Both the position numbers and the translations under genes were made by a program. 64,000 nt of DNA, from positions 115,554-179,553 of the forward strand of contig CAVSRX010000007.1 in NCBI GenBank assembly GCA_963730445.1, written 5' to 3'. The DNA is from Vicinamibacterales bacterium (GTDB taxonomy: Bacteria; Acidobacteriota; Vicinamibacteria; Vicinamibacterales; JAMQPK01). The number at the start of each line of letters is the position of its first letter. The first letter of the stretch is position 1. The notes under the pieces were generated by a model. The model was given only the letters and a program-made list of their open reading frames with translations, made no database searches and was not told the origin of the DNA. Below are positions 38,127-46,724 of this stretch, in pieces.

Positions 38127-38870
38127 ATGTCTATAGAAACGGCCGCCGATCTTGAGGGCATCACGCTCGCCGGGCGGGTCGTGGCTGAAGCGCTTTCTGC
38201 GATGGTGCGTGACGTCCGGCCCGGCATGACGACGAGGGATCTCGATGAGATTGGCGCCGGCGTCCTGAAGCAACACGGGGCGCGATCGGCACCCCAGGTT
38301 GTCTACGGGTGTCCGACTGTCAATTTGATTAGTGTGAACGACGAGGTCGTGCATGGACTGCCTGGATCGCGGGTGCTGCACGCCGGCGACGTCGTGAAAA
38401 TGGATGTGACCGCTGAGACCGGAGGATACATCGCGGATGCTGCGACCACTGTTGTGCTTCCCCATGCATCGGCCGACGCGTTGAAGCTTCGCGATTGCGC
38501 TGTCGCAGCGTTCGCGGCGGGCGTTGGAGTGGCGCGCGCAGGCAGCCGCGTTTCCGAGATCGGACGGGCCGTTGAACAGGAAGTTTCAGCCCGCGGATTT
38601 CACGTCCTCCGCGAGTTATCCGGGCATGGCGTCGGCCGGACGATTCATGAGTCGCCGACGGTTCCGAACTATTTCGATCCATTTCAGCGCGATCGACTGA
38701 CAGAAGGACTGGTGCTCACAATCGAGCCGCTGATTTCAGAACGCCGGACGCGCATTCGAACATGCGCCGATGGCTGGACTCTAAGAACCGCGAACGGCTG
38801 CCTCGCCGCGCATCACGAGCACACGATCATCGTGACAAACGGCGCTCCTATAGTTGTCACGGCTCTTTAA
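38127..38870 (+). CDS. map: type I methionine aminopeptidase
   Basis: Intact 247 aa, with ..VVHGLPG..DVVKMDV..GGYIADAA..HGVGRTIHE..LTIEP..HHEHTIIVT metal-ligand pattern. Confidence 0.9.
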   Translation: MSIETAADLEGITLAGRVVAEALSAMVRDVRPGMTTRDLDEIGAGVLKQHGARSAPQVVYGCPTVNLISVNDEVVHGLPGSRVLHAGDVVKMDVTAETGGYIADAATTVVLPHASADALKLRDCAVAAFAAGVGVARAGSRVSEIGRAVEQEVSARGFHVLRELSGHGVGRTIHESPTVPNYFDPFQRDRLTEGLVLTIEPLISERRTRIRTCADGWTLRTANGCLAAHHEHTIIVTNGAPIVVTAL

Positions 38871-38873
38871 CGC

Positions 38874-38889
38874 GACTCTCCGACTCTTT
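38874..38889. repeat. inverted copies of the GAGTCGG unit (GACTCTCCGACTCTTT)
   Basis: This is the reverse complement of aaagagtcggagagtc and lies 4 nt after the map stop. A degenerate third unit (ccccgacttt) follows at ~38904. Together with 38016-38126 it brackets map in inverted orientation. Confidence 0.7.
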
Positions 38890-39383
38890 CAAGACGCCCA
38901 CACCCCGACTTTCAATCGCCGCGCCATTGCCTCGAGCGCGATGAACTCGTCGCGCCGCGGGTGTGAGCCCTGGCGATCGGCGTAGCCGTAGCCGCGCTGG
39001 ATCATCTGCGCGTTCACGAGCGTCTTGTCCGCGAGAAATACATAGGCGTACCGGCGCCCTTCCAAATCCCCGATTCGCCACCCGTCGTATACGGGCGTTA
39101 CGCGCTGACCGACGAGAGTCGAGAGGAATGCGGCCGCATCAGGTGCCACGTTCTTGCCGCCCAACAGCTCGCCGCCACCAATTGGTGCGTGTGCGATGAC
39201 GGCAGAGCGCAGCGGAGGTTCGACGCCTCGCAGCGCGACCAGCCCGGCGCCGCAGACGTTGAGTGTGTAGTCGCGTCCATGATCGACGGCCATCACCTGG
39301 CCTGGGATGCACTGCACATTTTGCGCGATTGAGATTACCGACAGGAGCGCAAATCCAAGCGCGATAAGCATGGCTTTAGGCAA
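38889..39383 (-). CDS. secreted thermonuclease (SNase)-like protein
   Basis: Signal peptide MPKAMLIALGFALLSVISIAQ. The tail RRYAYVFLADKTLVNAQMIQRGYGYA..EFIALEAMARRLKVGVW resembles the staphylococcal-nuclease C-terminal region. Confidence 0.6.
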   Translation of the reverse strand: MPKAMLIALGFALLSVISIAQNVQCIPGQVMAVDHGRDYTLNVCGAGLVALRGVEPPLRSAVIAHAPIGGGELLGGKNVAPDAAAFLSTLVGQRVTPVYDGWRIGDLEGRRYAYVFLADKTLVNAQMIQRGYGYADRQGSHPRRDEFIALEAMARRLKVGVWAS

Positions 39384-39570
39384 CGTCCGGCGGCTCCGTC
39401 GAATCAGACGCCACCGAAACAGCCCATCGCTTGTAACAGCTGAGACACACGATCACGATGTACTCGCCTTCTGGCGGAGCGACGTGCACCTGCGCCGACT
39501 GACACGCGGGGCATCGAAGCTGATGCGACCCGCGCGGAACCTTCTTTTGCGGAACCTTCTTCTGCACCAA
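39376..39570 (-). CDS. small zinc-ribbon protein (CPAC..CLSC)
   Basis: 64-aa ORF overlapping the nuclease start by 8 nt. It has a Lys-rich N-terminus followed by RCPACQSAQVHVAPPEGEYIVIVCLSCYKRW. Same architecture as the 56-aa ORF at 45348..45518. Confidence 0.5.
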   Translation of the reverse strand: MVQKKVPQKKVPRGSHQLRCPACQSAQVHVAPPEGEYIVIVCLSCYKRWAVSVASDSTEPPDVA

Positions 39571-39657
39571 GTCCCCTTCATGCTACGCCTTCTGACTGGT
39601 CGTCATCAATTCGGACGTGCCTGCCCGCCGATCGGCGGTACACTTACCCGCTTGACG

Positions 39658-40542
39658 ATGCGATTTTCGCTCTGGTTGTGGATGGCGGCGACGCTCGTGG
39701 CCATGGCTGCGACGATTGCGCACACCCAAACGCAGACGGTGCGCCTGTATCTCGAAGCGCTCGACGAGCGTGGCCCCGTCGAGGGGCTCGCGCCGAGCGA
39801 CGTCGCGATATTCGACAGCGGAGCAACCCGCACGATTACGCAGCTCGTTCGCGCGGACGATCCAATGCGCATTCTCCTGCTCGTCGACAACGGACGCTCC
39901 GCACAACCGTTCATCCAGGAAATCCGCGGCGGCATTGTCGCGTTTGCCGATGCGATTCCGGCTGTGCACGAGCTCGGCCTCGTCACCATCGGGAACACTC
40001 CCGTGGTGCGCCAGGAGCCGTCACTCGACCGGATGAAGCTCAAACAGATCGCCAGGACGCTGACAAGCGGCGGCACAACCGTGCTGGTCGGCGCCGTCTA
40101 CGAGATGTACGACCGCTTCTTGCGCAACGCCGGCGATCGCTGGCCTGTGCTGGTCATCATCACGAGCGACGGCTCGGAAGGCAGCGGCCAGTTCTACCCC
40201 GAGAAGTTCGCCGCGTTCGGCCGCGACATGCAGGCGAAGGACGTCGTCGCGCACGCGATTGTGCTGATATCGGCGAAAGGGGATGCGCTGCAGGTTCAGA
40301 TCGCTCGTGCACTGACCGAAGGCACGGGCGGCACCTATAACACCACGGCCACTGGCGGCGACCTGACGAGCAGGCTCGCGGCGATGGCGCAGGATATCGT
40401 CGCGGACTTCGATCGCACGTCCACGCAATATCGTCTGGAGTACGCCACCGAATCTGCGCAGCCGGCCTCCGATTTAAAAGTCAGCTTGCTCCGCGACGGT
40501 GTGAAGATGCGGATGTCGCGCGCGGGACGCATTCGGGACTGA
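39658..40542 (+). CDS. secreted VWA-domain protein (VWFA-related acidobacterial type)
   Basis: ORF 39307..40542 trimmed to the ATG at 39658. Signal peptide MRFSLWLWMAATLVAMAATIAHTQ, then VRLYLEALDERG..DVAIFDSG, ILLLVDNG and VLVIITSDGSEGS. It resembles the N-terminal part of the 57293 ORF. Confidence 0.65.
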   Translation: MRFSLWLWMAATLVAMAATIAHTQTQTVRLYLEALDERGPVEGLAPSDVAIFDSGATRTITQLVRADDPMRILLLVDNGRSAQPFIQEIRGGIVAFADAIPAVHELGLVTIGNTPVVRQEPSLDRMKLKQIARTLTSGGTTVLVGAVYEMYDRFLRNAGDRWPVLVIITSDGSEGSGQFYPEKFAAFGRDMQAKDVVAHAIVLISAKGDALQVQIARALTEGTGGTYNTTATGGDLTSRLAAMAQDIVADFDRTSTQYRLEYATESAQPASDLKVSLLRDGVKMRMSRAGRIRD

Positions 40543-40557
40543 CGCTCGCTCGGTTCC

Positions 40558-41127
40558 TCACCGCTTGGCGCGCGCCATATCCGTGACACGGCGAACGAAC
40601 TCACCTTTTCCATCTGTGTACGCCGTCCGATCGTTGGGGAACTCAGCAGCGAGACGCAGCTTCAGCTCGAGATATTGCTGCGCGACGTCTGGATGCGCGA
40701 TGAGATAGTCGCGAAACAGCAGCGCCTCCCACTGCGGAAAATCGCGCTCCACCATGTGAATGTGATGCGTGCGCCGCCCCTCTCTGTCGCGCTTGATGAA
40801 CCAGGCGTAGAACGGGGGCACATCGTCGCCGCTCGTCGGCCGCCACAGATAGTCGTAGCCGTCACCTTCCAGCACCGGCACAATCTGCTCCGTGGTTGCT
40901 TCGAGGCTGGTCACTTCGATTAACATGTCGACGATCGGCTTTGCCGAAAGACCCGGGACTGCCGTGCTGCCCATGTGTTCGACGCGCCGCACGAGCGCCG
41001 GAAAGAGATCGACAAGGCGCGCGCGCTCTTCGAGAAACAGCCCAGGCCATCGAGAGTCGTAGGGCACGATCTCGACCGTCTCGCGCCCAAGGCGCTCGAT
41101 GCGCTCGCGCAGGTGCTCCGGAATCAC
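40558..41127 (-). CDS. GrpB-family (UPF0157) protein
   Basis: VEIVPYDSRWPGLFLEE..VEHMGSTAVPGLSAKPIVDMLIEV..HIHMV..FRDYLIAHPDVAQQYLELK. Confidence 0.8.
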   Translation of the reverse strand: MIPEHLRERIERLGRETVEIVPYDSRWPGLFLEERARLVDLFPALVRRVEHMGSTAVPGLSAKPIVDMLIEVTSLEATTEQIVPVLEGDGYDYLWRPTSGDDVPPFYAWFIKRDREGRRTHHIHMVERDFPQWEALLFRDYLIAHPDVAQQYLELKLRLAAEFPNDRTAYTDGKGEFVRRVTDMARAKR

Positions 41128-41453
41128 GGAATCGGCTGTAGCGTCGGCGGCTCGCGCATCACCCGCACGAGCAGCGTCGGATTGGTGATCGCGACCGGCA
41201 GCGATGCATTGTTCACGTTGACAGGAAGCGATGCATTACTCACGATGACGGGAAGCGCCCTCGCGCCAAGGTTGACGCGAAATCCTTCCGACGTAAACAG
41301 CGGCGTCCCCTTCGCATCGACGAGCATCACCGGCGCCGGCTCGGGCTTGCCCGCCTGCGCTTGTGCCACTGGCGTTGCGCCGTTCACGCACATCCACACC
41401 AGACACGCCGCTATGACGGTGAGCACGGCTTTCGTATAGAAGTCGACTTTCAT
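41124..41453 (-). CDS. small secreted hypothetical protein
   Basis: 109 aa with an N-terminal TM/signal segment (AVLTVIAACLVWMCVNG) and a repeated NASLPV motif. The stop overlaps the GrpB start (ATGA). Confidence 0.45.
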   Translation of the reverse strand: MKVDFYTKAVLTVIAACLVWMCVNGATPVAQAQAGKPEPAPVMLVDAKGTPLFTSEGFRVNLGARALPVIVSNASLPVNVNNASLPVAITNPTLLVRVMREPPTLQPIP

Positions 41454-41552
41454 GGCTCCTCCTCCGCACAGGATCGCATGAAAGGCGACCGGCCAAACCG
41501 GCGGTCTCGTCGTCTAAAGCTGCCACTAATAGCATTTCTGAGGAGGGTGCCG

Positions 41553-42092
41553 ATGACTCGGGTCCTTTCGCTATTCGTGTGCCTTGCCGCGGCGACGGTG
41601 TGTCCAGCTTTCGCCCAATCGTTGAATACTTCGGTCTCGACGCGCATTGCATTCTTCAGCCCATCACGAGCATTTGCCGAGTCTGCCGACGGCAAGGCGG
41701 CCACCGCGCGCCTGACATCGCTCGAAGCTGTTCGCGTAAAGGCCGCTCAGGAGAAAGAGGCCGCGCTCCAAAAGCTGGAGCGATCGCTCGAGCAATCGAC
41801 GGCGGTGCTCAGTGAATCCGCGCGTGGGGTACGCACAAAAGAGCTGGAGCGGTTTCGCCTCGATACGCAACGGTTTATCGAGGACGCGCAGGCTGAGCTG
41901 ATGGGCGTGCGCCGCGATGCGGAGAGCGCATTTCTCGTGAAGTTGCGGCCGGCTATTGAGCGGGTCATCAAGGACAACGGTATTCAGCTGTTGTTCAATT
42001 TCGACAGCGGCGTGCTGGCGTGGGGTGATCCGTCCCTCGATGTGACCAGCGAGATCCTCAAACACGTTGAAAGTCCTCCCGCGGCAAAGTAG
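41553..42092 (+). CDS. OmpH/Skp-like periplasmic chaperone
   Basis: ATG 41553 follows GAGGAGGG. Signal peptide MTRVLSLFVCLAAATVCPAFA, then a long coiled-coil region rich in E, K, R and L. Confidence 0.65.
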   Translation: MTRVLSLFVCLAAATVCPAFAQSLNTSVSTRIAFFSPSRAFAESADGKAATARLTSLEAVRVKAAQEKEAALQKLERSLEQSTAVLSESARGVRTKELERFRLDTQRFIEDAQAELMGVRRDAESAFLVKLRPAIERVIKDNGIQLLFNFDSGVLAWGDPSLDVTSEILKHVESPPAAK

Positions 42093-42110
42093 GGTTTATA
42101 CGGAGGTCAC

Positions 42111-42431
42111 ATGCCGAAATACCTCATGGTTGGGTCCTACTCTGTGGAAGGCGCGAAGGGACTGCTGAAGGACGGCGGGTCGAAGCGGCGGAAGGTTGCC
42201 GAAACCGCGTTGAAGAGCGTGGGCGGAACCGTCGAAAGCTTCTACTTTGCATTCGGGGAGCACGATCTCTACATCATCCTTGACCTACCCGATAACGTGT
42301 CCATTGCGGCGGCGTCGATGACGATTAGCGCCGCGGGCGGTTTCCGGGCGAGGACCGTCGTGCTGCTCACTCCTGAAGAAATCGATCAGGCCACAAAAAA
42401 GACGACGAATTACCTGCCACCCGGGCGTTAG
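42111..42431 (+). CDS. GYD-domain protein
   Basis: MPKYLMVGSYSVEGAKGLLKDGGSKRR..GGTVESFYFAFGEHDLYIILDLPDN. Confidence 0.75.
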   Translation: MPKYLMVGSYSVEGAKGLLKDGGSKRRKVAETALKSVGGTVESFYFAFGEHDLYIILDLPDNVSIAAASMTISAAGGFRARTVVLLTPEEIDQATKKTTNYLPPGR

Positions 42432-42439
42432 AGGCAGGG

Positions 42440-43457
42440 CTAACGCGCTGCGCCACCTGCGGGATGCTCGCGTACGACTGCGCGAGCATCCTTGTCACCC
42501 CGCATTCCCACGAACGCGGAATGGCGCAAGTTGCCGTCGCGGGTCCACTCGGTAAAGGCAATCTCGGCGACAAGCGTGGGTTTCACCCACTTGAGGAGCT
42601 TCATGTCCTCCACCGTCACGCCTTCGCCCCAATGGCCTGTCCGGGTGCTCGGCAGATCGGTGAACGGACACGTCTCGACTTTCAACGGGCGCAGCAGGTC
42701 GAACAGCGCGGCGCGCTGCGGCGCCGTGAATCCGGCGCGCACGCGTGCGGCAAACCGCAGCTGCTTGTTCTCGTAATATCCGACGACAATGGATTGAAAG
42801 TTGGTGTTCTCCGGTTTGTAGCCGCCGATGACGAACTCCTGGCGAAGCTGCACCTTGAATTTCTGCCAGACGCCGCTGCGCTTGCCGGCTTCATATCGCG
42901 AGTTTCGCCGTTTCGCAACGACACCTTCGAGCCCGACATCCGAAACAGCTTGAATGACATCGCTCAGCTGTACCGGGAAGCTCTGCTGAAAACACCACGT
43001 CGGAACCGCTCAGGACTCTCTCCAGCGCGGCACGGCGCGCCTCGAGAGGCTCGGCCTGCAGATCCTTTCCGTTGAGATGGAGCAAATCGAATGCGAAGTA
43101 CCGTATCGCCGCGGGGTTGGCGGAACGGTGGTGGAGCTGTTGAAACGATGGGCGTCCGGTTTCGTCGAAGGCGACGATCTCGCCGTCGACCACGGCAGAC
43201 TTCGCTTTCAACGCGGCGACCGCTTGCCTGATTGCCGGGTAATTCGCGGTCAGGTCGTTTCCCTTGCGCGACAGGATCTTCACGCTCGCGCCGTCCTTCA
43301 ACGTCAGCGCGCGGTATCCGTCGAACTTCGCTTCGTACAGCCAGTCGTTGCCCGTCGGCAGCGCATCGACCAGGGCGGCGGCCATGGGCTCGACAAAGCG
43401 CACTGCCGATAAGACTGGTATGGCCCGTTTCATTCTGGCGGTTCTATTCTTCTTCAT
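42440..43457 (-). pseudogene. ATP-dependent DNA ligase (LigD ligase-domain type), one frameshift
   Basis: ORF 42891..43457 holds ..NDWLYEAKFDGYRAL (motif I KxDG) ..VVDGEIVAF. After ..AELPGT the sequence continues in the frame of ORF 42440..42853 (QLSDVIQAVSDVGLEGVVAKRRNSRYEAGKRSGVWQKFKVQLRQEFVIGGY..LRHSAFVGMRGDK). The join is near 42985. No Ku gene in the window. Confidence 0.8.
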
Positions 43458-44152
43458 CGGCAGCGCCGACGCGCAAGCGCAAAGTCACTGGGAGTATCTC
43501 TCGAAAACCCCAGAGCGTCTCATCGGGCTTCTCGATTTGCCGGACATCGTCGCGGGTGGCTGCGGCCCGGCACCGAACCGAACCACGACGCGCGCGTTCG
43601 GCGCACCTTCGCAGAATGGACGCAGCGTTGGAACGATTTACATGCGCGACGATGCGGAACGCCGGCTGCGGATTGATGATTGAGAAGACCGGCGGCTCGA
43701 AAGAGGAAATTCCCACGCTGGAGAGCGGTTACGAAATCCCGGCGGCCATCGTCTACGAACGGCGCGGTGCGTGGTTGCGCATCAGGCTGAGCGTCGGTTC
43801 GGCCTGGGTACGACACGCCGACCAGAAGGATTTTCTTCAATATCCCGAAATCCTCCGCGAGAACCTTCCGTACACGCTGCAAAGCTGGGACGGCATGCTC
43901 CGCGCGACGCCCGGCCGTTCCGGGCGGGTCACGCCTCTCTCGTCGGGATGGAAGGCGTTACTCGATCGCCAGTTGAGCATCCAGTATCTCGGCTCTCGAA
44001 GAGTGGGCGATGAACTGTGGCTACACATTCGGCTGGCTGCAAAGAGCGGGTGCGACCAGACCTACGAGGGTGTGACAGATGTCGCGGGATGGATTCCCGC
44101 ATATCAGCCCGATCGGACGCCTTCGGCTCGGTTCGCGTCGAGGGGATGCTAG
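43420..44152 (+). pseudogene. secreted hypothetical protein, one frameshift
   Basis: ATG 43420. Signal peptide MARFILAVLFFFIGSADAQA (frame of ORF 43264..43683), continuing in ORF 43232..44152 (..GCGLMIEKTGGSKEEIPTLESGYEIPAAIVYERRGAWLRIRL..). The join is near 43660. Confidence 0.45.
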
Positions 44153-44165
44153 ACTGAGACGCAGT

Positions 44166-44242
44166 CGGGGCGTAGCGCAGCCTGGTAGCGCACCTGCCTT
44201 GGGCGCAGGGGGTCGCTGGTTCGAATCCAGTCGCCCCGACCA
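44166..44242 (+). tRNA. tRNA-Pro (anticodon TGG)
   Basis: Cloverleaf folded by hand. Acceptor CGGGGCG/CGCCCCG; D-arm GCGC-AGCCTGGTA-GCGC; anticodon arm CCTGC-CTTGGGC-GCAGG; variable loop GGGTC; T-arm GCTGG-TTCGAAT-CCAGT; discriminator A; encoded CCA. 77 nt. Confidence 0.93.
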
Positions 44243-44261
44243 CTTAGAATCAATCACTTAA

Positions 44262-44287
44262 GGCTCGGCCATCCGCCGGGCCTTTTT
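44262..44287 (+). terminator. rho-independent terminator candidate after tRNA-Pro
   Basis: GGCTCGGC-CATCC-GCCGGGCC (8-bp stem with one G-T pair) followed by TTTTT. Confidence 0.6.
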
Positions 44288-44339
44288 CATTTGTGCAACG
44301 TTTGGGCAACTCAGCCACCCTTCCCGCCGTCCCCCTCCA

Positions 44340-45251
44340 GTGTCGATCATCTGTTTCGACGCGAACGCCGCCACGAACGACGACGTACAGAAGGCCACAC
44401 GGGCGACCGCGGCCATGCTGGAGAAGCGTGGAGCCGTCGTGCGTATCGCGCGGGTGCCTGTCGAGGACGGTGTCAACGGGCCGGACGACTTCATCGGCCA
44501 GCATGGTGCCGTAGCGTTCTGGAAGCTGATCGACGCCGCGGTCCCATGCACCACCACGAAGAACGCTGGCACACAAGATGAGGCGACGAAGGACTCGCAG
44601 GCGACGATCCTGGTTCGGCTGGCCCGCGAAGCCGGCGCCGAGTTCTTCCACGACGACGACACGTCCTATTTCGGTGTGTGCGTCGGCGATCACCGGGAGA
44701 CACACAAACTCCGCTCGCGTAGCGGCAAAGCCTGGCTCGTCTCACTGTTCGTCGACAAGTTCGACAAGTCGCCGGGATCGCAGGCCATGGCGGACGCCGC
44801 GAACACGCTCGAGGCGCTGGCTCTTCGAGGTTCAGAAGAGCGCGTGTACGTGCGCATCGCAGCCGTAGACGGCAGGATCTATATCGACCTGGTCGATGCT
44901 ACCTGGCGCTGCATCGAGATCAACCGCACAAGCTGGCGCATCATTTCCAACCCGCCAGTCCGATTCCGCCGGCCGAAGGGGCTGCTTCCTCTTCCAGTGC
45001 CCCAACCCGGAGGAAGTGTCAGCGATTTGCGGAAGTTCGTGAACGTCACGACCGACAACGACTTCGTCTTGCTCGTCTCATTGCTCGTGGCGTGGCTCCG
45101 CGGGCGGGGACCGTATCCCGTGCTCGTGGAGAACGGCGAGCAAGGGAGCGCGAAGTCGACCCTGACGCGCATCCTCAATGCCACTTCTAGAGGTCGATTT
45201 CTGATTCAACACTTTGCAGAAGTTGTCAGCGGCCGTACAAGTTCACGGTGA
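44340..45251 (+). pseudogene. primase/helicase-like replication protein fragment (Toprim-like C-part plus Walker A, truncated at both ends)
   Basis: It starts mid-domain (IICFDANAATNDDV..RIARVPVEDGVNGPDDFIGQHG, Toprim-like) and stops ~20 codons after a P-loop (VLVENGEQGSAKSTLTRIL). Proteins of this type normally continue for several hundred more residues. Confidence 0.55.
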
Positions 45252-45347
45252 ACCGTGGTGAGTTCGATGCTCTGCAATTGCGTCGCGCGCGTTCGGATTC
45301 GGATGTCAGGGAGCTTATCGAACAACACCCTGACAGAAGATGAACCG

Positions 45348-45518
45348 CTACTGAAGGGTATCTGGAAGGCGGGGAAAACGCCGCTCAATGGTCCACTCGT
45401 GCGCGCAGGGAGCGCACCGCAGGTAAATGAGCAGCTGCGTAGCGTTGAGCGTCAGCTTATACGGTGTGCACGTCTCTTGGCAGTTGGGGCATGGATGCGA
45501 TTCTTGAGCGTCAGCCAT
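45348..45518 (-). CDS. 56-aa zinc-ribbon protein (below the ORF-track cut-off)
   Basis: Hand translation: MADAQESHPCPNCQETCTPYKLTLNATQLLIYLRCAPCAHEWTIERRFPRLPDTLQ-TAG. It has a CPxC..CxxC.(H)xW layout like 39376..39570. Confidence 0.4.
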   Translation of the reverse strand: MADAQESHPCPNCQETCTPYKLTLNATQLLIYLRCAPCAHEWTIERRFPRLPDTLQ

Positions 45519-45624
45519 TAGGGTAATCTACACACGACTCAACAGACTATGACGTGCAAGGCTTTTGCCTATGGCGTGCCGCTAAAAGGGCGGTGCGCGA
45601 GTCGCGCGAGAAAGGCAAAAAATA

Positions 45625-45846
45625 GTGGACCCGATCCAAAAGCGCGGGCCGACCGGCGTTGTGAAGGTAAAGAAGGTTGCGGCTCACCAGTTTATTCCAT
45701 TCGTTTGCGGGGATTGCCAGGAAGAATTCCTCTTTAACATTGAGAACGTTGGACATCGACTGATGCGCGATCGACCTTACAAGCGCACGATGCCATGCTC
45801 GTGTGGTGGCGTTATGAAGCGGAGTCGGTTTCGAGCCCCCTTTTAG
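45625..45846 (+). CDS. small zinc-ribbon protein (FmdB-like CxxC..CxCG), tentative
   Basis: ..VKVKKVAAHQFIPFVCGDCQEEFLFNIENVG..RTMPCSCGGVMKR. It competes with antisense ORF 45547..45858. The region is low-GC, so codon bias gives no help. Confidence 0.3.
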   Translation: MDPIQKRGPTGVVKVKKVAAHQFIPFVCGDCQEEFLFNIENVGHRLMRDRPYKRTMPCSCGGVMKRSRFRAPF

Positions 45847-45869
45847 AGGCCGGGCCACCGTGAGGGTCT

Positions 45870-46548
45870 TTAGGTTTTGGCAAAAATGAGCCGCAAGATC
45901 ACACCAACGGCAACTAAGGCGACGCTGGTCGGCTCAGGGACGTTGTTCGAGGGTGAGGGCACAAACGGATCAGCCTCTTGAACAGTCGACGTGCCAGGAA
46001 CCCCAACAGCGGCCGCACCCACTACTGCACCCGCTTGATTTCCTGAGTCGCTTGCATGAGTGGAACCCAGGCCAAGTTCCCCAACGATGTCGGTGATGTC
46101 GAACACGTCCGTGATCGAGGCGCCAGTGGACGCATCATTGGCAAAAACTCCAACTAGCGCGGTCGCTGTCTGGGGGGGCGAAGCCGATACGGAACCAGCG
46201 GTGACGAGATCTTCGATGGTGTTCGAAGTCTGCGAAGCAACGCTCACTTGGCCGATCAAATTGGCCCAGGGCGGCGGGATGTCAGCATGAAGCGATGCGA
46301 CGCTGAAGTTCGCGATTGTTTTCGAGTCGTTCCAGGGCGGCGGTATGTCGGCATGAAGAGACGCTGCGCTGGGATTGGTGCCCAGCGGTGAGTCTGGCGC
46401 GTTCACCAGCGATAAGTCGGACGCTGCGCATTGTGGAAGACATTTCATCAGTCCGGGAAATTCAGTCAGGTCGTTGCCCAGGGTACTGATAAATCGGTAA
46501 CGCATCAACCGTTGAGGCGAGACCGAGCAAAAGAGCACTCGCACACAT
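45870..46548 (-). pseudogene. PEP-CTERM-tailed secreted protein, one frameshift
   Basis: The C-terminus ..NNVPEPTSVALVAVGVILRLIFAKT has VPEP, a TM segment and basic residues. The signal peptide MCASALLLGLASTVDA-LPIYQYPG starts at ATG 46548 in another frame. It joins ORF 45870..46544 (..NDLTEFPGLMKCLPQC..) if the C3 run at 46477-46479 loses one base. An internal repeat ASLHADIPPPW occurs twice. Confidence 0.65.
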
Positions 46549-46724
46549 GAGATGTTTAGGATTTAAAGCCACGGAGTTCTCCTGGGGGAAGTTGACCACC
46601 ACAAACACTTATAGCGCAGCGGTAATGTCGCGGCAATGCAAATTGCCAGAAGCGCTGAAGTCGTCAGGACGGCGACCTTTAGTCCGCAAATCAGCGTCGC
46701 AGAAGCCGTGGCGGCGAGTGGCTC

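Noticed and set aside
35630-38227. 865-aa minus-strand ORF antisense to ppk, arsC and the GAGTC array
   Set aside because: This is a typical high-GC antisense artefact. It is Arg/Ala/Gly/Pro-rich with no recognisable motif, whereas the plus strand encodes unmistakable PPK1 and ArsC sequences over the same nucleotides.
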